This document shows, piece after piece, positions 39,701 through 51,106 of a stretch of 59,518 nt of DNA. The notes beneath the pieces are model-generated. The model saw only the letters and a program-made list of their open reading frames with translations, made no database searches and was not told the origin of the DNA. Every line of letters begins with the position of its first letter. Positions within the stretch are counted from its first letter, which is position 1. Origin of the DNA: Chiloscyllium plagiosum (Eukaryota); assembly GCF_004010195.1 (NCBI RefSeq), contig NC_057719.1:16977177-17036694 (forward strand). Direction: 5' to 3'. The position numbers were made by a program, and so were the translations under genes.

Positions 39701-40025
39701 GGACAGCGCAGTGGCTCAGTGGTTAGCACTGCTGCCTCACAACACCAGGGACCTGACTTCAATTCCACTGTGGAGCAACTGTCTGTGTGGAGTTTGCACA
39801 TTCTCCCCATGTCTGCGTGGGTTTCCTCTAGTGCTCCGGTTTCCTCCCATAGTCTAAAGATGTGCAGGTTAGGGGGATTGGCCATGCTAAATTGCCCATA
39901 GTGTCCAGGGATGTGTAGGTCAGATGGATTAGCCATGGAAAGATGCAGGGTTACAGGGATAGGGTAGGGGGGGTGTCTGGGCAGGATACTCTTCAGAGGG
40001 CTGGTGTGGACTTGGTGGGCCAAAC
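39701..40025 (+). mobile_element. HE1-like V-SINE, long subfamily
   Basis: Head and V-domain plus extra gtgtccagggatgtgtaggtcagatggattagccatgg segment. Confidence 0.9.
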
Positions 40026-40838
40026 ACTGGAGGGATGTTTTTGCGATTGGAAGCCAGTGGCCAGCAGTGTACCACGGGAACCAGTGCTGGGACCCTTGCT
40101 ATTTGTTGTGTGTACATTAATGACTTGGATGTGAATCTAGAAGATACAATTAGTAAGTTTGTAGATGACACAACAATTGGTGTTGTTGATAGTGGAGAAA
40201 ATAGTCTCAGGCTATGGACTGGTATTGATCAGCTGGTGAATTGGGCAGAGCAATGTTAGATGGAATTTAATCCCAGTATGTGTGTGTGTTTTAATTTTCC
40301 AGAACATAGAATTTAGGAGCAAAGAAGTCTTGTTGCAAGTTTATAAAACACATGTTAGGTCGCAGATGAAATACTGTGTGCAGTTCTGGTTGTCACACAA
40401 TCAAAAGGATATGATTGCACTAGAGGGTGTGCAGAGGAGATTCACCAGGATGTTGACTTGGATGAAAAGTCTCCGTAATGAGGAGGGACTAGATAGACTG
40501 GGTTTGTTTTCCTTGAGTAAAGGAGGCTGAGGGGGGATTGATTGAGTTACACAAAATTATAAGAGGCTATGATAGGGTAAACCATGATAATTTTTTCCCC
40601 ATGGTGGACATGACAAAGACCAAAAGGCATCAATTTAAAGTGAGGACTAAGTGGTTTCGAGGATATCCGACTTTTCACTGAGAGGATGGTAGATATATGG
40701 AAGGTGCTGCCTGAGTGGGTGGTGGAGGCAATTACTTTCTCAACATTTAAGAAGCATCTGGATGTGTTTGTTGTTTGATGATCAGCATAGACATGGTGAG
40801 CCAAAGGGCCTGTTTCTATGCTATATGATTCTATGCTT
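40026..40838 (+). mobile_element. CR1/HER1-type LINE RT to 3' end
   Basis: EGCFCDWKPVASSVPREPVLGPLLF/YINDLDVNLEDTISKFVDDTTIG...KYCVQFW...LEGVQRRFTRML; tatgattctatg tail. Confidence 0.9.
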
Positions 40839-40849
40839 CGATATCAACC

Positions 40850-41752
40850 CTAAGGCGGGAGTTCCTCAGAGTAGTGCTCCAGGCCCAACTATCTTCAACA
40901 GTTTCATCAATGGTCTTCCCTCCATCATTAGGTCAGAAGTGGGGATGTCTGTAGATGATTGCACAATGTACAGAGGTTCTCATTTGAAACCTGTCAAGAG
41001 CTGAAGCAGTCCTTGTCCATATGCAGCAAGAGCTGGACCACATTCAAATGGGCGAAAAAAAAATAAGTAACATTCATACCATGCAAGCATCAGGAAATGA
41101 TGATCCCCAATAAGAGTGAATCTAACGATCTCCTCTTCTTCATAGTCAACACCATGACCATTGCTAAATCTCCTACCATCATCATTGATCAAACACTTAA
41201 CTAGACCAGATTTATTATACAATGGTTACAAGAGCAGGTCAGAAGCTAGGAATCCTGTAGCGTGAAACTTGCTTCCTATGTCCCAAAGCCCTGCCCCACT
41301 ATCTAATCTGTAAGGTACGAGTCAAAGTATAATGGAATAGGCACGAGTTGCCTGGATGAGTATAGCTCTAACAACACTCAAGAAGCTTGTCATCAACTAG
41401 CCTATCAACCTTTTGAACATTCAATCTTTCCACCATAAATTCACATGGGCAACAGTGTTTATCTGCTGGACTGCAGCACTAATGTACTGCAGCAAATTGT
41501 CAATCCTCCTTCAATTGCACCTTCTAAACTTATGGCTTTCAGCAGCTAGATGGATGAGGGAAAATGATACATAGGTAGAAACACCATCACCTGCCAATAC
41601 CCCTTCAAGCGATGCAACATTCTGATTTGGAACTATATCACCATTCCTTCTCTGTCACTGGTTAAAATCCTGGATTAACCTTTGAAATAGCACTGTTGGT
41701 AGACCTATGTGATAAACCAGTAACAGTTCGAGAAGGCACTTTATCATCACTT
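40850..41752 (+). mobile_element. Second CR1/L2-group LINE family, RT to 3' end
   Basis: AGVPQSSAPGPTIFNSFINGLPSIIRSEVGMSVDDCTM; tail as at 23274. Confidence 0.82.
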
Positions 41753-41769
41753 ATGTCATTGACATAACG

Positions 41770-42250
41770 TAGGTAGGTAGGGAAGTATACTGTGAAGAAG
41801 ATATAAAGAAATTGCAGATGAATATCAACAGGTTGAATGGGTGGACAAGAGTCTCACAAACTAAATGCAATTTGGGAAATGTGAAGTTGTTTTACTTTGG
41901 CAGGAAGAATAAAAAAGCAGAGTATTATTTAAATAGAGATCAACAGCAGAATCACAAAAGATTTAGGTGTTCTGGGTCAAGAGTCACATGACATTAGAAT
42001 GCAGTCACAGTACATAATAGAGAAGGTAAATGGGATACTATCTTTTACTTCAAGAGGATTGGAAAGTAAGGATGCAATGCCATTGGTCTTTGATGGGACC
42101 ACACCTATACTGAATGCTATGAACAGTTTTGGTCTCTTTATTTCGGGAAGACTGGAAATGCGTGGAGGAAATTCAGACGAGGCTACAAGATTGATGTTTG
42201 TAATGAATGAGTTGTCTTATGAGCATAGGTTGGATCGACTGAGTTATTTC
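41770..42250 (+). mobile_element. Old CR1 fragment
   Basis: IIEKVNGILSFTSRGLESKD; gaaatgtgaagttgtttactttggcaggaagaataaaaaagcaga. Confidence 0.75.
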
Positions 42251-43059
42251 TCAAGGAAAATTAGAGATGGCCAACAATTGCTGGGTTTGCTAAGAGTGCT
42301 CATTTGCCATGAAAAAATTAAAACATTGTGGAGAATACCCAAAGTATTTTACTTAAGATAATTTCTTCTCATCCCTACTCGTCTTGTATGTATGTTTCTT
42401 TAGTATTGCTCATCTGACACTGTTCAGAATTGGAAACTCTGGATAATGTTTCCCTGTCCCTGAGCCAGGAATGTAGAGGCCAATTGTAACTCTGCCAGCC
42501 CTGATTCAGTGGAAATCTGTTGGCTCAAAAGTGAGAATTTAACATGGAACATGACTCAGACAGACTTGGAGGAGAGGTAGATGCTAATTCCTCCCCAACC
42601 CTAATACCAAGGTGTCCTGGCTGTAGTACAATGGAACTGAAGATGGTAATAATGATGATTCTGACTCCAATAGTTACATGCTATGCAACTGACTCAGAAT
42701 GGAGACAGTCCAAGTAGGATAACATCAAGAGAGCAACATGGACACCAAACATTCAGTCCTTGTGGTAGACAGAATTGATAAGGACAGGAAAACACAGTGA
42801 TGGGGCCATATGGATGAAGCACAATCCATGGAGACCAATAGGCAGAACTTGACCTTGGCTAGCTAGTGACATAAACCAGCCTGCCACAAAAGGCGGACTT
42901 ACCAACAGGTAATTAACTCACTTCCTGACTCCTCCCACTCTGCTATCTATATTGAAATATAGAAAGTAGGATCAGACATAAGCTTTCATGCCTACTCTGC
43001 CATTCATTATCATCATAGCTGATCATCCGACTCAATAGCCCACAACATTTTGGATTTGA

Positions 43060-43159
43060 GTTCTGAGGAAGGGTCACTGGACCCAAATGTTAGCTCTGAT
43101 TTCTCTCGATAGATACTATCAAACCTGCTGAGCTTTTCCAGCAATTTCTGTTCTTGTTT
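43060..43159 (+). mobile_element. 100-bp family C HHR element with degenerate 17-bp TSD
   Basis: GAGTT-CTGAGGA-A-GGGTC(actg)GACCC-AAA-TGT-T-AGCTC (43058-43096, G12 lost); flanks CAACATTTTGGATTTGA / CAACATTTTAGACTCGA. Confidence 0.75.
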
Positions 43160-43952
43160 CAACATTTTAGACTCGATCAATTTCTATGGTAGTGAATTCC
43201 ATAGGCTTATCACTCCTGGGTGAAGAAATTTCTTCTCATCTCAGTTGTAAATAGTTTATCAGGTATCCTTAGACTTTGGCCCTCAATTCTGGACTCCCTT
43301 CCATTGGGAACATCCTTCCAGCATCAACTCAGTCTAGTCCTGTTAGAATTTTATAGGTTTTTATGAGATCCCCCTCACATTCTTCTAAACTCCAGTGACT
43401 ATAAGACTGGAAAGCCGGTGAGATTAAGAATCGCAAATTCAACAGCTTTAACAGCTGAACAATGTAAACCTAAAAACAATGTAAACCAAAACAGACTGAT
43501 TTAAAACATATACAGCTACTTCCTAGTGAGTTAGTCTAGGCTGACCACAGGTCAATTGTATCTGATCTGACCAGGACTGATATCCTTTCAGCAGGATTTA
43601 TCCTGGTATTAGTCCTGCTCCTGATGATGTTGTCTCAATGAGAGTTATAGCTGATTGTATACATGACTACATGGCAATTGCTGTTGTGTTCAGTCACTGA
43701 GAGCTATTCAACTGTTCATCTTTGATTGGTTTCTGGAGCTCAGGGCAACTTGTTCTGAGGATTGCCAGTTCATTTATACAGCAAATTAAAGCAAATCTAG
43801 AAATGTATTTTCACAAGGCACAAGGAAGACCAAGTGAATATTGCCCACTTTCTTGGATGACTATAGCTCCAATAACAGTTGCAAAATTCAAGACAAAGCA
43901 GTCTTGATTTCCACTACTGTGCACTACATACAAGATGCTCTCTCAGTTAGGA

Positions 43953-44435
43953 TCATAGAGTCATAGAGATGTAGAGCATGGAAACAGACCTTTCAGTCCA
44001 ACTCATCCATACCGACCAGATATCCTAACCTAATCTAATCCCATTTGTCAGCACTTGGCACATAGCCCTCTAAACCCTTCCTATTCAGATACCCATCCAG
44101 ATGCCTTTTAAATATTGTAATTGTGCCAGCCTCCACCACTTCCTCTGGCAGCTCATTCCATACACGCACCACCCTCCCTGGGAAAAGGTTTCCCATGAGA
44201 TCCTTTTTAAATGTTTCCCCTCTCACCCTAAAACTATGCTCTCTAGTTCGGGACTCCCCTACCCCAGGGAAAAGACCTTATCTACTTACCCTAGCCATGC
44301 CATTCATGATTTTCTAAACCTCCATAAAGGTCACCCCTCAGCCTCTGACGCTCCAGGGAAAACAGCCCCAACCTATTCAGTCTCTCCCCCCAGCTCAAAT
44401 TCTCCAACCTTGGCAACATCCTTGTAAATCTTTTC
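43953..44435 (-). mobile_element. HER1/CR1 LINE 3' end
   Basis: Minus frame RVVRVWNELPEEVVEAGTITIFKRHLDGYLNRKGLEGY; tcatagag tail repeats. Confidence 0.92.
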
Positions 44436-44624
44436 AGTTACTCAGATAAGTCTGGGCTTGGGGCTTTGAAATCTCATAAGAGGCCTTCAATTTTATCGAT
44501 GTGGTCTGTATCACCACCTGCTGCTGGATCCACAATGTCTTTCTCTCAAGCTATACTTAAAATCACAAATTCATCAATGGGTACAGTAGTATATTAGTTA
44601 TGCTACTGGACAATGTGTATGCCA

Positions 44625-44868
44625 ACTTTGGTTACGTTGGGAGCATTCTTGCCTTTGAGTTCGAAGATAGTTGATTCAAGTCCCACTGCAGAGCAGAGCA
44701 CTACATTAGCTGAACAGTCCAGTGCATTACTGATGGAGTGCTGCACTATCAGATGAACTACTTTGAACTATTCTGGTGGATGTAAGATCCCATGAGACTA
44801 GCCAGAATAAAATTCTCTCTGGTCTCCTGGCCATTATCTATGTCTGAACCAACATCACAAGAACAGGT
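44625..44868 (+). mobile_element. Deu-domain SINE (SacSINE1/AmnSINE-like), old
   Basis: tRNA-like head (ttcaagtccc) and Deu-like gtggatgtaagatcccatg...tcctggccattatctat...aaccaacatcac. Confidence 0.62.
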
Positions 44869-45121
44869 CATAGAGTCATAGAGAAAGACAGCATGGAAAC
44901 AGACCCTTCGGTCCAATCCGTCCATGCCCACCTCCTTGTCAATAAGTCTGTAAAGGCTCACATGCAGGTGCAGGAAGCTATTAGGAAGACTGATGGCATG
45001 TTAGCTTTTAATGAAAGAGGATTCGAGAACAGAAGTGAAGTTTTGTACATTCACTTGTATAGCAGCTTGGCTGGACCACACCTGGAGTATTGTGTACAGT
45101 TTTGGTTTCCTTATCTAAGAA

Positions 45122-45418
45122 TGGATACAGTGGCTCAGTGGTTAGCACTGCTGCCTCACACCACCAGGGTCCCAGGTTTGATTCCAGCCTCAGGCAGACT
45201 GTCTGTGTGGAGTTTGCACATTCTCCCCGTGTCTGCATGGGTTTCCTCCCACAGTCCAAAGATGTGCAGATTAGGTGAATTGTCCATGCTAAATTGCCCA
45301 TAGTGTTAGGTGCATTAGTCAGAGGGAAATGGGCCTGGGTGGGTTACTCTTCAGAGGGTCGGTGTGGACTTGTTGGGCCAAAGGGCCTGTTTCCACACTG
45401 TAGAGAATCTAATCTAAT
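45122..45418 (+). mobile_element. HE1-like V-SINE
   Basis: Head, V-domain with small deletion, ctaat tail. Confidence 0.92.
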
Positions 45419-45562
45419 TATTACCATAGAGGGATTGCAACAAAGGTTTACCAGACTTGTTACTGGGATGGCAGAACTGTCCTATGAAGAAAAATTGGAC
45501 AAACTTGGCCTGTATTCCCTAGAGTTTCAGAACATTGAAGCCTACAAAACACTTAAAGAGAC

Positions 45563-45785
45563 ACAAAGTTAAAAATCACATAACACCAGGTTATAGTCCA
45601 ACAGGTTTAATTGGAAGAACACTAGCTTTTGGAGCACTGCTCCTTCATCAGGTTCATCACAACCACCTGATGAAGGAACGACGCTCCGAAAACTAGCGCT
45701 CCCAATTAAGCCTGTTGGACTATAACCTGGTTTTGTGGGATTTTTAACTTTGTACATCCCCAGTCCAACACCATCATCTCCAAAT
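45563..45785. mobile_element. 223-bp fold-back family B element with two divergent HHR cores and an 11-bp TSD
   Basis: Minus core 45623-45651, plus core 45667-45695; CTTAAAGAGAC at 45552-45562 and 45786-45796. Confidence 0.88.
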
Positions 45786-47214
45786 CTTAAAGAGACGGAC
45801 AGGGTAAATGCAGTTAACATGTTTCCGCAGCTTAGAAAGTGTAGAACCAGCAGCATAAGGGGAGTACTATTAAGGATGAGATAGAAATTGTTTTGCACAG
45901 TGCAGAGAATCTTTGGCATTCTCTGCCACAGAGGGCTGTGGAAGGCCAGTCTTTCATTATATGGAAAGCAGAGGTTGATAAAGTATTGATTATCAGTGGT
46001 ATAAAATGTTGTGGGGGTAGTAAGGGTAAAGGTCATTGAAGTATTCGATCAACCACGTTCGTATTAAATGGTGGGGCAAGCTCGATAGGCTGAATAGTCT
46101 ATTTCTGTTTCTACATTCGTACATTCCTAGTGGATTACCATGTAGTTATCACGTTTCTGTTTGAGGGAGTTTGCCATTCACAAATTGGCTGCTGTATATC
46201 AAATATAAATTTAAATCACACAACAGCAGTTTGAAACTTAGAACTTAACTTCAAAATTAATTAAATTTGAGCAGCCATCCATTGGTGAGGCTGAAGAAGG
46301 TAGAGCAAATGTGGCATTAAAGTTATTGGAGATATGGGCAGATAAGTAAAGATGTGGGGCGATACTAATGAGGATTGATGCAGAAAGTGAGGGTGTACAG
46401 GAGAAAGAAAATTTCAATGAAGAAAATTCCAAAGTTGTTTAGGCAGATGATAGCTGAAGAGGATTCTGAAGAAGATTTGATAAGCACGGAAGTAGAATAG
46501 AGTATATATGGCAATACTATAGCCGTATTCATCTCCTATCTAATGAGTCCTTGTGGGTCCTTCAAGCTAATGTCTCTGAAAATGTCAACAGTGCTGACTT
46601 CTTAAAACATTGGATGGTATTTAATCCTAGTGACAGGGGTCTCGCTCTCCAACTAGAGAGTTAGTGGGAGCCCCAGGTGGTCTCTTTTGAAGAAGGACCA
46701 CGGTATTAAGTGCCATTTAAGCAATTAAGGTTCAGGCCTTCCCAAGAGATTAAGGATGCCCAGGGTGCAGGACAGAATGCTGTCCCCTGAGAACCGCTGG
46801 CCAAGTGTACAGTGATTAATTAGTGTGATTAATATTCTCAGTTGAACCAGACAGACAGTGGTGCACCATTGATTTGTGTCCCTCAGAGCAACTGGGAGGG
46901 TAAAGGTATGTTCAGACTCAGTAGTTCTGTCCCAATGCCAAATGGAATCATTTGCAGAGCTGGCTTTATTCCCTTTCTAACTTATCTCAGTCTTAACATT
47001 TCTGTGTATTTTTCTATCCCCTTTTCTCTAGTTCCACCCACTCATGCCACACTGTTGGCTTCCCCACACCATCTCCTGGAAGATGTCTGGCCAGAGTGAG
47101 ACACGTTATTGCAGAGGTCACTTTTCAGACTTTCCATGTGGCAACCGCTCTCCCTGCACCTGCTTGAATACCTGTGCCAAGTGGGCTGAGGCTCTTAACT
47201 GGACATGAATTACT

Positions 47215-47403
47215 CCCTTCGAGAGTGTGGTGCAGCAGGTCAGGCAGCATCAGAGGAGCAGGAGAATCGATGAATCAGGATGAAGGGCTTATGCCTGAAA
47301 CATCAATTTGCCTGCTCCTCGGATGCTGCCTGACCTGCTGTGCTTTTCCAGCACCACACTCTTGACTCTGGTCTCCAGCATCTGCAGTCCTCACTTTCTC
47401 CTG
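47215..47403. mobile_element. Fold-back family A element with 10-bp TSD
   Basis: 47221-47272 is the reverse of about 47301-47362; ATGAATTACT at 47205-47214 and 47404-47413. Confidence 0.85.
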
Positions 47404-47418
47404 ATGAATTACTAACTT

Positions 47419-47512
47419 ACAAAAACAGAAATTGCTGGAAAATTCAGCAGGTCTGGCAGCATCTGTGCAGAAATCAGAGTCAATGTTTTGATCTAGTGAC
47501 CTTTCTTCAGCC
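47419..47512 (-). mobile_element. Family C HHR element (degenerate)
   Basis: Reverse complement ctgaaga-a-aggtc acta gatc-aaaacattgactctgatttctg... Confidence 0.72.
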
Positions 47513-47528
47513 CAGATCAAGTTGCTGT

Positions 47529-47768
47529 TAAAAGACAAGAGACTTAACAAACAATCCAGGTCTTTTTCAATATAAAATTTCAGTTACATCACACTGTAAA
47601 CTTTTGCTGTAAATTCTGTCTTACGATTTTATACTCCACAACCACCTGATGAAGGAGCAGCACTCCAAAAGCTAGTGCTTCCATGTAAACCTGTTGGATT
47701 CTCACCTGATGTTGTGTGATTTTGAATTTTGTACAACCCAGTCCAATCTCTCGACACCTCCACATCAT
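47529..47768 (+). mobile_element. Solo PLE family B terminal repeat (HHR with G12>A)
   Basis: Collinear with about 3358-3596; CTGATGA at 47646-47652. Confidence 0.85.
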
Positions 47769-47900
47769 GTGGAAGAAAGGCACGTCTCTTGCATGTCCTC
47801 CTCCTGATTGGGCTGCCTGTGGTGCCACTTTCCAAGCCACTGTGAGGTACTGGCTTATTAAATCATCACAGATGCCCTTCTTGTTAAGGTACTGCAGCTG

Positions 47901-48227
47901 ATGGTGCACTGCTCAGTGGTTAGCACTGCTGCCTCATAGCGCCAGGGACCTGGGTTCAATTCCCACCTCGGACAACTGTCTGTGTGGAGTGTGCACATTC
48001 TCCCCGTGTCTGCATGGGTTTCCTCTGAGTGCTCCGGTTTCCTCCCACAGTCACAAAGATGTGCAGGCTGGGTGAATGGGCCATGCTAAATTGCCCATAG
48101 TGTTAGCTGCATTAGTCAGGGGTAAATGTAGAGGGATGGTTCTGGGTGGGTTGATCTTTGGAGGGTCGGTGTGGACTTGTTGGGCTGAAGGGCCTGTTTC
48201 CACACTGTATGGAATCTAATCTAATCT
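47901..48227 (+). mobile_element. HE1-like V-SINE
   Basis: Head, V-domain, ctaatctaatct tail. Confidence 0.92.
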
Positions 48228-48745
48228 CAAAAGAGAGGGGGCTGTAGGTAGAAACCCTCACCTGATGCTTCTCTGCAGGGTTACCAGCAAAACCTGCTGC
48301 TCATACTGAAGGTACGGGATTTTCAGGTGGACAGAGCCACTTGGGCCTGTTGCACCATTCAATTAGACCATCCCTGATCTGTACCTCAACTCTAGTCATC
48401 TGCTTTATCTCTGTAACCTTGCTCACCAAAAATCTAAGCATTGAAACTATCAATTGACCCCCAGCTTCAAGTGCTTTTTTTGCAGGAGAAAGTTCAAGAT
48501 TTGCTGATACCTATTCTGTGAAGAAATGTTCTTTTGATTTGATTGTGATTTCGCTTAATTTAATTTCAAGATTATGTTACTTTCTTCTGCACTCTCTTAC
48601 CAAAGGAAATAATTGATCTGAACAATTCCATTCATCATCTTAAACCCTTGAGTTCCTCCTAAACTTCGATACTCAAAGGGATACAGACTTAGTTTATGCA
48701 AGCTGTGCTTGTAATTTCTTTTTATTCTGCCTTGGGAGAAAGGTG

Positions 48746-49017
48746 GGCTCGTGGTGCAGTGAGGAGTGTTCCTGCCTCTCAGCCAGTAGCCCCGGGTTGA
48801 GTCTTGATTGCTGGTCATGGTCCAGCCTTGATCCTCAATCTGCAAAACCTTCCAATAAGTCTATGGCAGATAGTGAGGGAGGGAAAGTCTGGTCAGCCAA
48901 GGCCTGCAGAAGACAAGGCCTGTAAACAATCTGACCAAGGATAACCATGGGCCAAGACAATCAATGGTTGCTAATGCCTTCTTAAGTTATGGAAGCTGAA
49001 GAGAGAGAGAGAGAGAA
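48746..49017 (+). mobile_element. tRNA-derived SINE, further family, with (GA)n tail
   Basis: gggctcgtggtgcagtg...ccgggttgagtc head; ends ctgaagagagagagagaga. Confidence 0.55.
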
Positions 49018-51106
49018 TCCTTGAAAAAGTATACTAATGAAGAAAGTAAAGATGGTGAAATCTTCATAGTTTGGCAGAAACGAGCCACATAGTATTTGAA
49101 CTCAGACAATACCCCAAACTCAGACTTTAGCTGATAAATTCATGATTCTTGCTTTTGTGATATCTTCAGAACCACTGATTGAATTACAGTCTTCTGATCC
49201 ACAGCAAGATATCCAGCATCTCTCTTTGCCTAAGTGGCAGGTAGATGATGAAATCAGAAAAATGAGGTGCTGAGAGATTGCATTCTCATTGTAACCTTGG
49301 AACAAATCAGAGTACTCTTGGTAAATGCAGTCATTAATTAATCATTATTAAGCAAAGGGCTGAGTCAAACAAAAGGTTCAGAGTAGCTGGCTACTGGTGT
49401 TAATTTATTTCTCCAATTCTGTCATTGCTAAGAAATATTCGCACAATGTTCTTAACAAATTGAAAATGTTTCCCCTCACTAATTATATATAAAATTGGTA
49501 ATAGTATGCAGGAAATAGCAAGATAGAATTGAAGGGTTTTTCCATCTTGTGTTCCAATTTGCTTTTATTAATAGTTGGAGGTGGACATTGTTGGCAAGCC
49601 TGACATTTATTGTCAATCCTAAGTTGCCATAAAGAAAGTTAACATTTCCTTTTCAGGTTAAGATACCACTTAAGAAACATTTAGATGTGCACTTGAGATG
49701 CCAAGGCATACAAAGCCAAATGCTGGATAACAGGGTGAGAATAGTTAGAAGTTTGTTTTTGACTCGTGCAGACTTGATGGACTGAGGGACCTCCTTCTGT
49801 GCTGTGAACCTCTATGACTCTTTGACTCTAAGGTAAGAGCATACTTTATTCTTGTATCGCTGCATTCCATATGGTGAATGTGATCCCACAATGTTGTCAT
49901 AAAGGAAATATTAGGGTTTTGACCCAGTGATAGTCAGGCTATGATTATATATAAATCCAAGTCAGAACAATGTCCAACATGAAAGAGATCTTAATGTTTT
50001 AAAGCAAATGCGGTTGTTGTCCTAATTAGTAGAAATCACAGGTTTGGAGGATGTTGCTGAAGCATCCAGGACATGCAACAGTGCATTTTGTAGTCAGATG
50101 GTAATGCATTAATGGAAAGGTTTGATGTTTGGGACAATGTGGATTTAACAAATGCTTCATCTTAGATACAAACATATAACTGTACAAATAGGAGCAGGAG
50201 CCATGCTCTACTATTTGAAAAGATCATGGCTGATCTGATATAACTTCAAATCTGGATTCCTGGCCACCTCTGATAACCTTTCATTCTTTTGTTTAACACG
50301 AATCTATCTACTTCTACCTTAAAAATATTGAAGGATCTGCTTCTCCTATCTTTTCTAGGAAGAAAGATCCAAAGACCCATGATTTTTTGTTGTATTCATT
50401 CATTCATTTTGAAGGATGTGGGAGTCGCTGGCTGGCCAACATTTATTGCCTGTCCCTAGTTGCCTTTGAGAAGGTGGTGGTGAGCTGCCTTCTTTAACCA
50501 CTGCAGTCCACCTGCTGTGGTTTGACCCACAATGCCATGAGGGAGGGAATTCCAGGATTTTGACCCAGTGACGGAACGGCGCTATATTTCCAAGTCAGGA
50601 TGGTGAGTGACTTGAAGGGGAACTTGAAGGTGGTGGTATTCCCATTTATGAACAGATGGAAATGTCTGTTTGTCTCTGTTTGAAATGATGGCTCACCCGT
50701 AAAAAGAAATGTCCTCTCCACATTTATCATGTCAACACCCCTCATGAATTTACATGATTCAGTCAAGTTACCTTTCTAAGTTCCAATGATACAAGCTTAG
50801 CCTGTCCAACCATCCCTCATAAGACCACTCCCGGCTTCCAGATTTTCATCTTCTCCAAATTTCCAACAAAGCATTTCAATCCTTCCTCAAATGAGGTGAC
50901 CAGTGCTGCAGTTCTCCAGATGCAGACTCACCAGTGCCCAGTTTAACTGAAGCATAGGTCCCTACTTTTGCATTCAACTGCCCTCACGATCAATGATAAC
51001 ATTTTGTTAGCTTGTCTAATTGCTTGCTGTACTTTGATGTTACCAAGCCTCTTGATACCTGATGCAGTTATACTCACCAAGACCATTCGATGAAACTCCT
51101 GACTTT

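Larger units (their letters stand above)
44940..46130 (+). mobile_element. CR1 3' fragment hosting an HE1 SINE and a fold-back HHR element
   Basis: QVQEAIRKTDGMLAF...PHLEYCVQFWFPYLR / IEGLQQRFTRLVTGMAELSYEEKLDKLGLYSLE. Confidence 0.88.
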
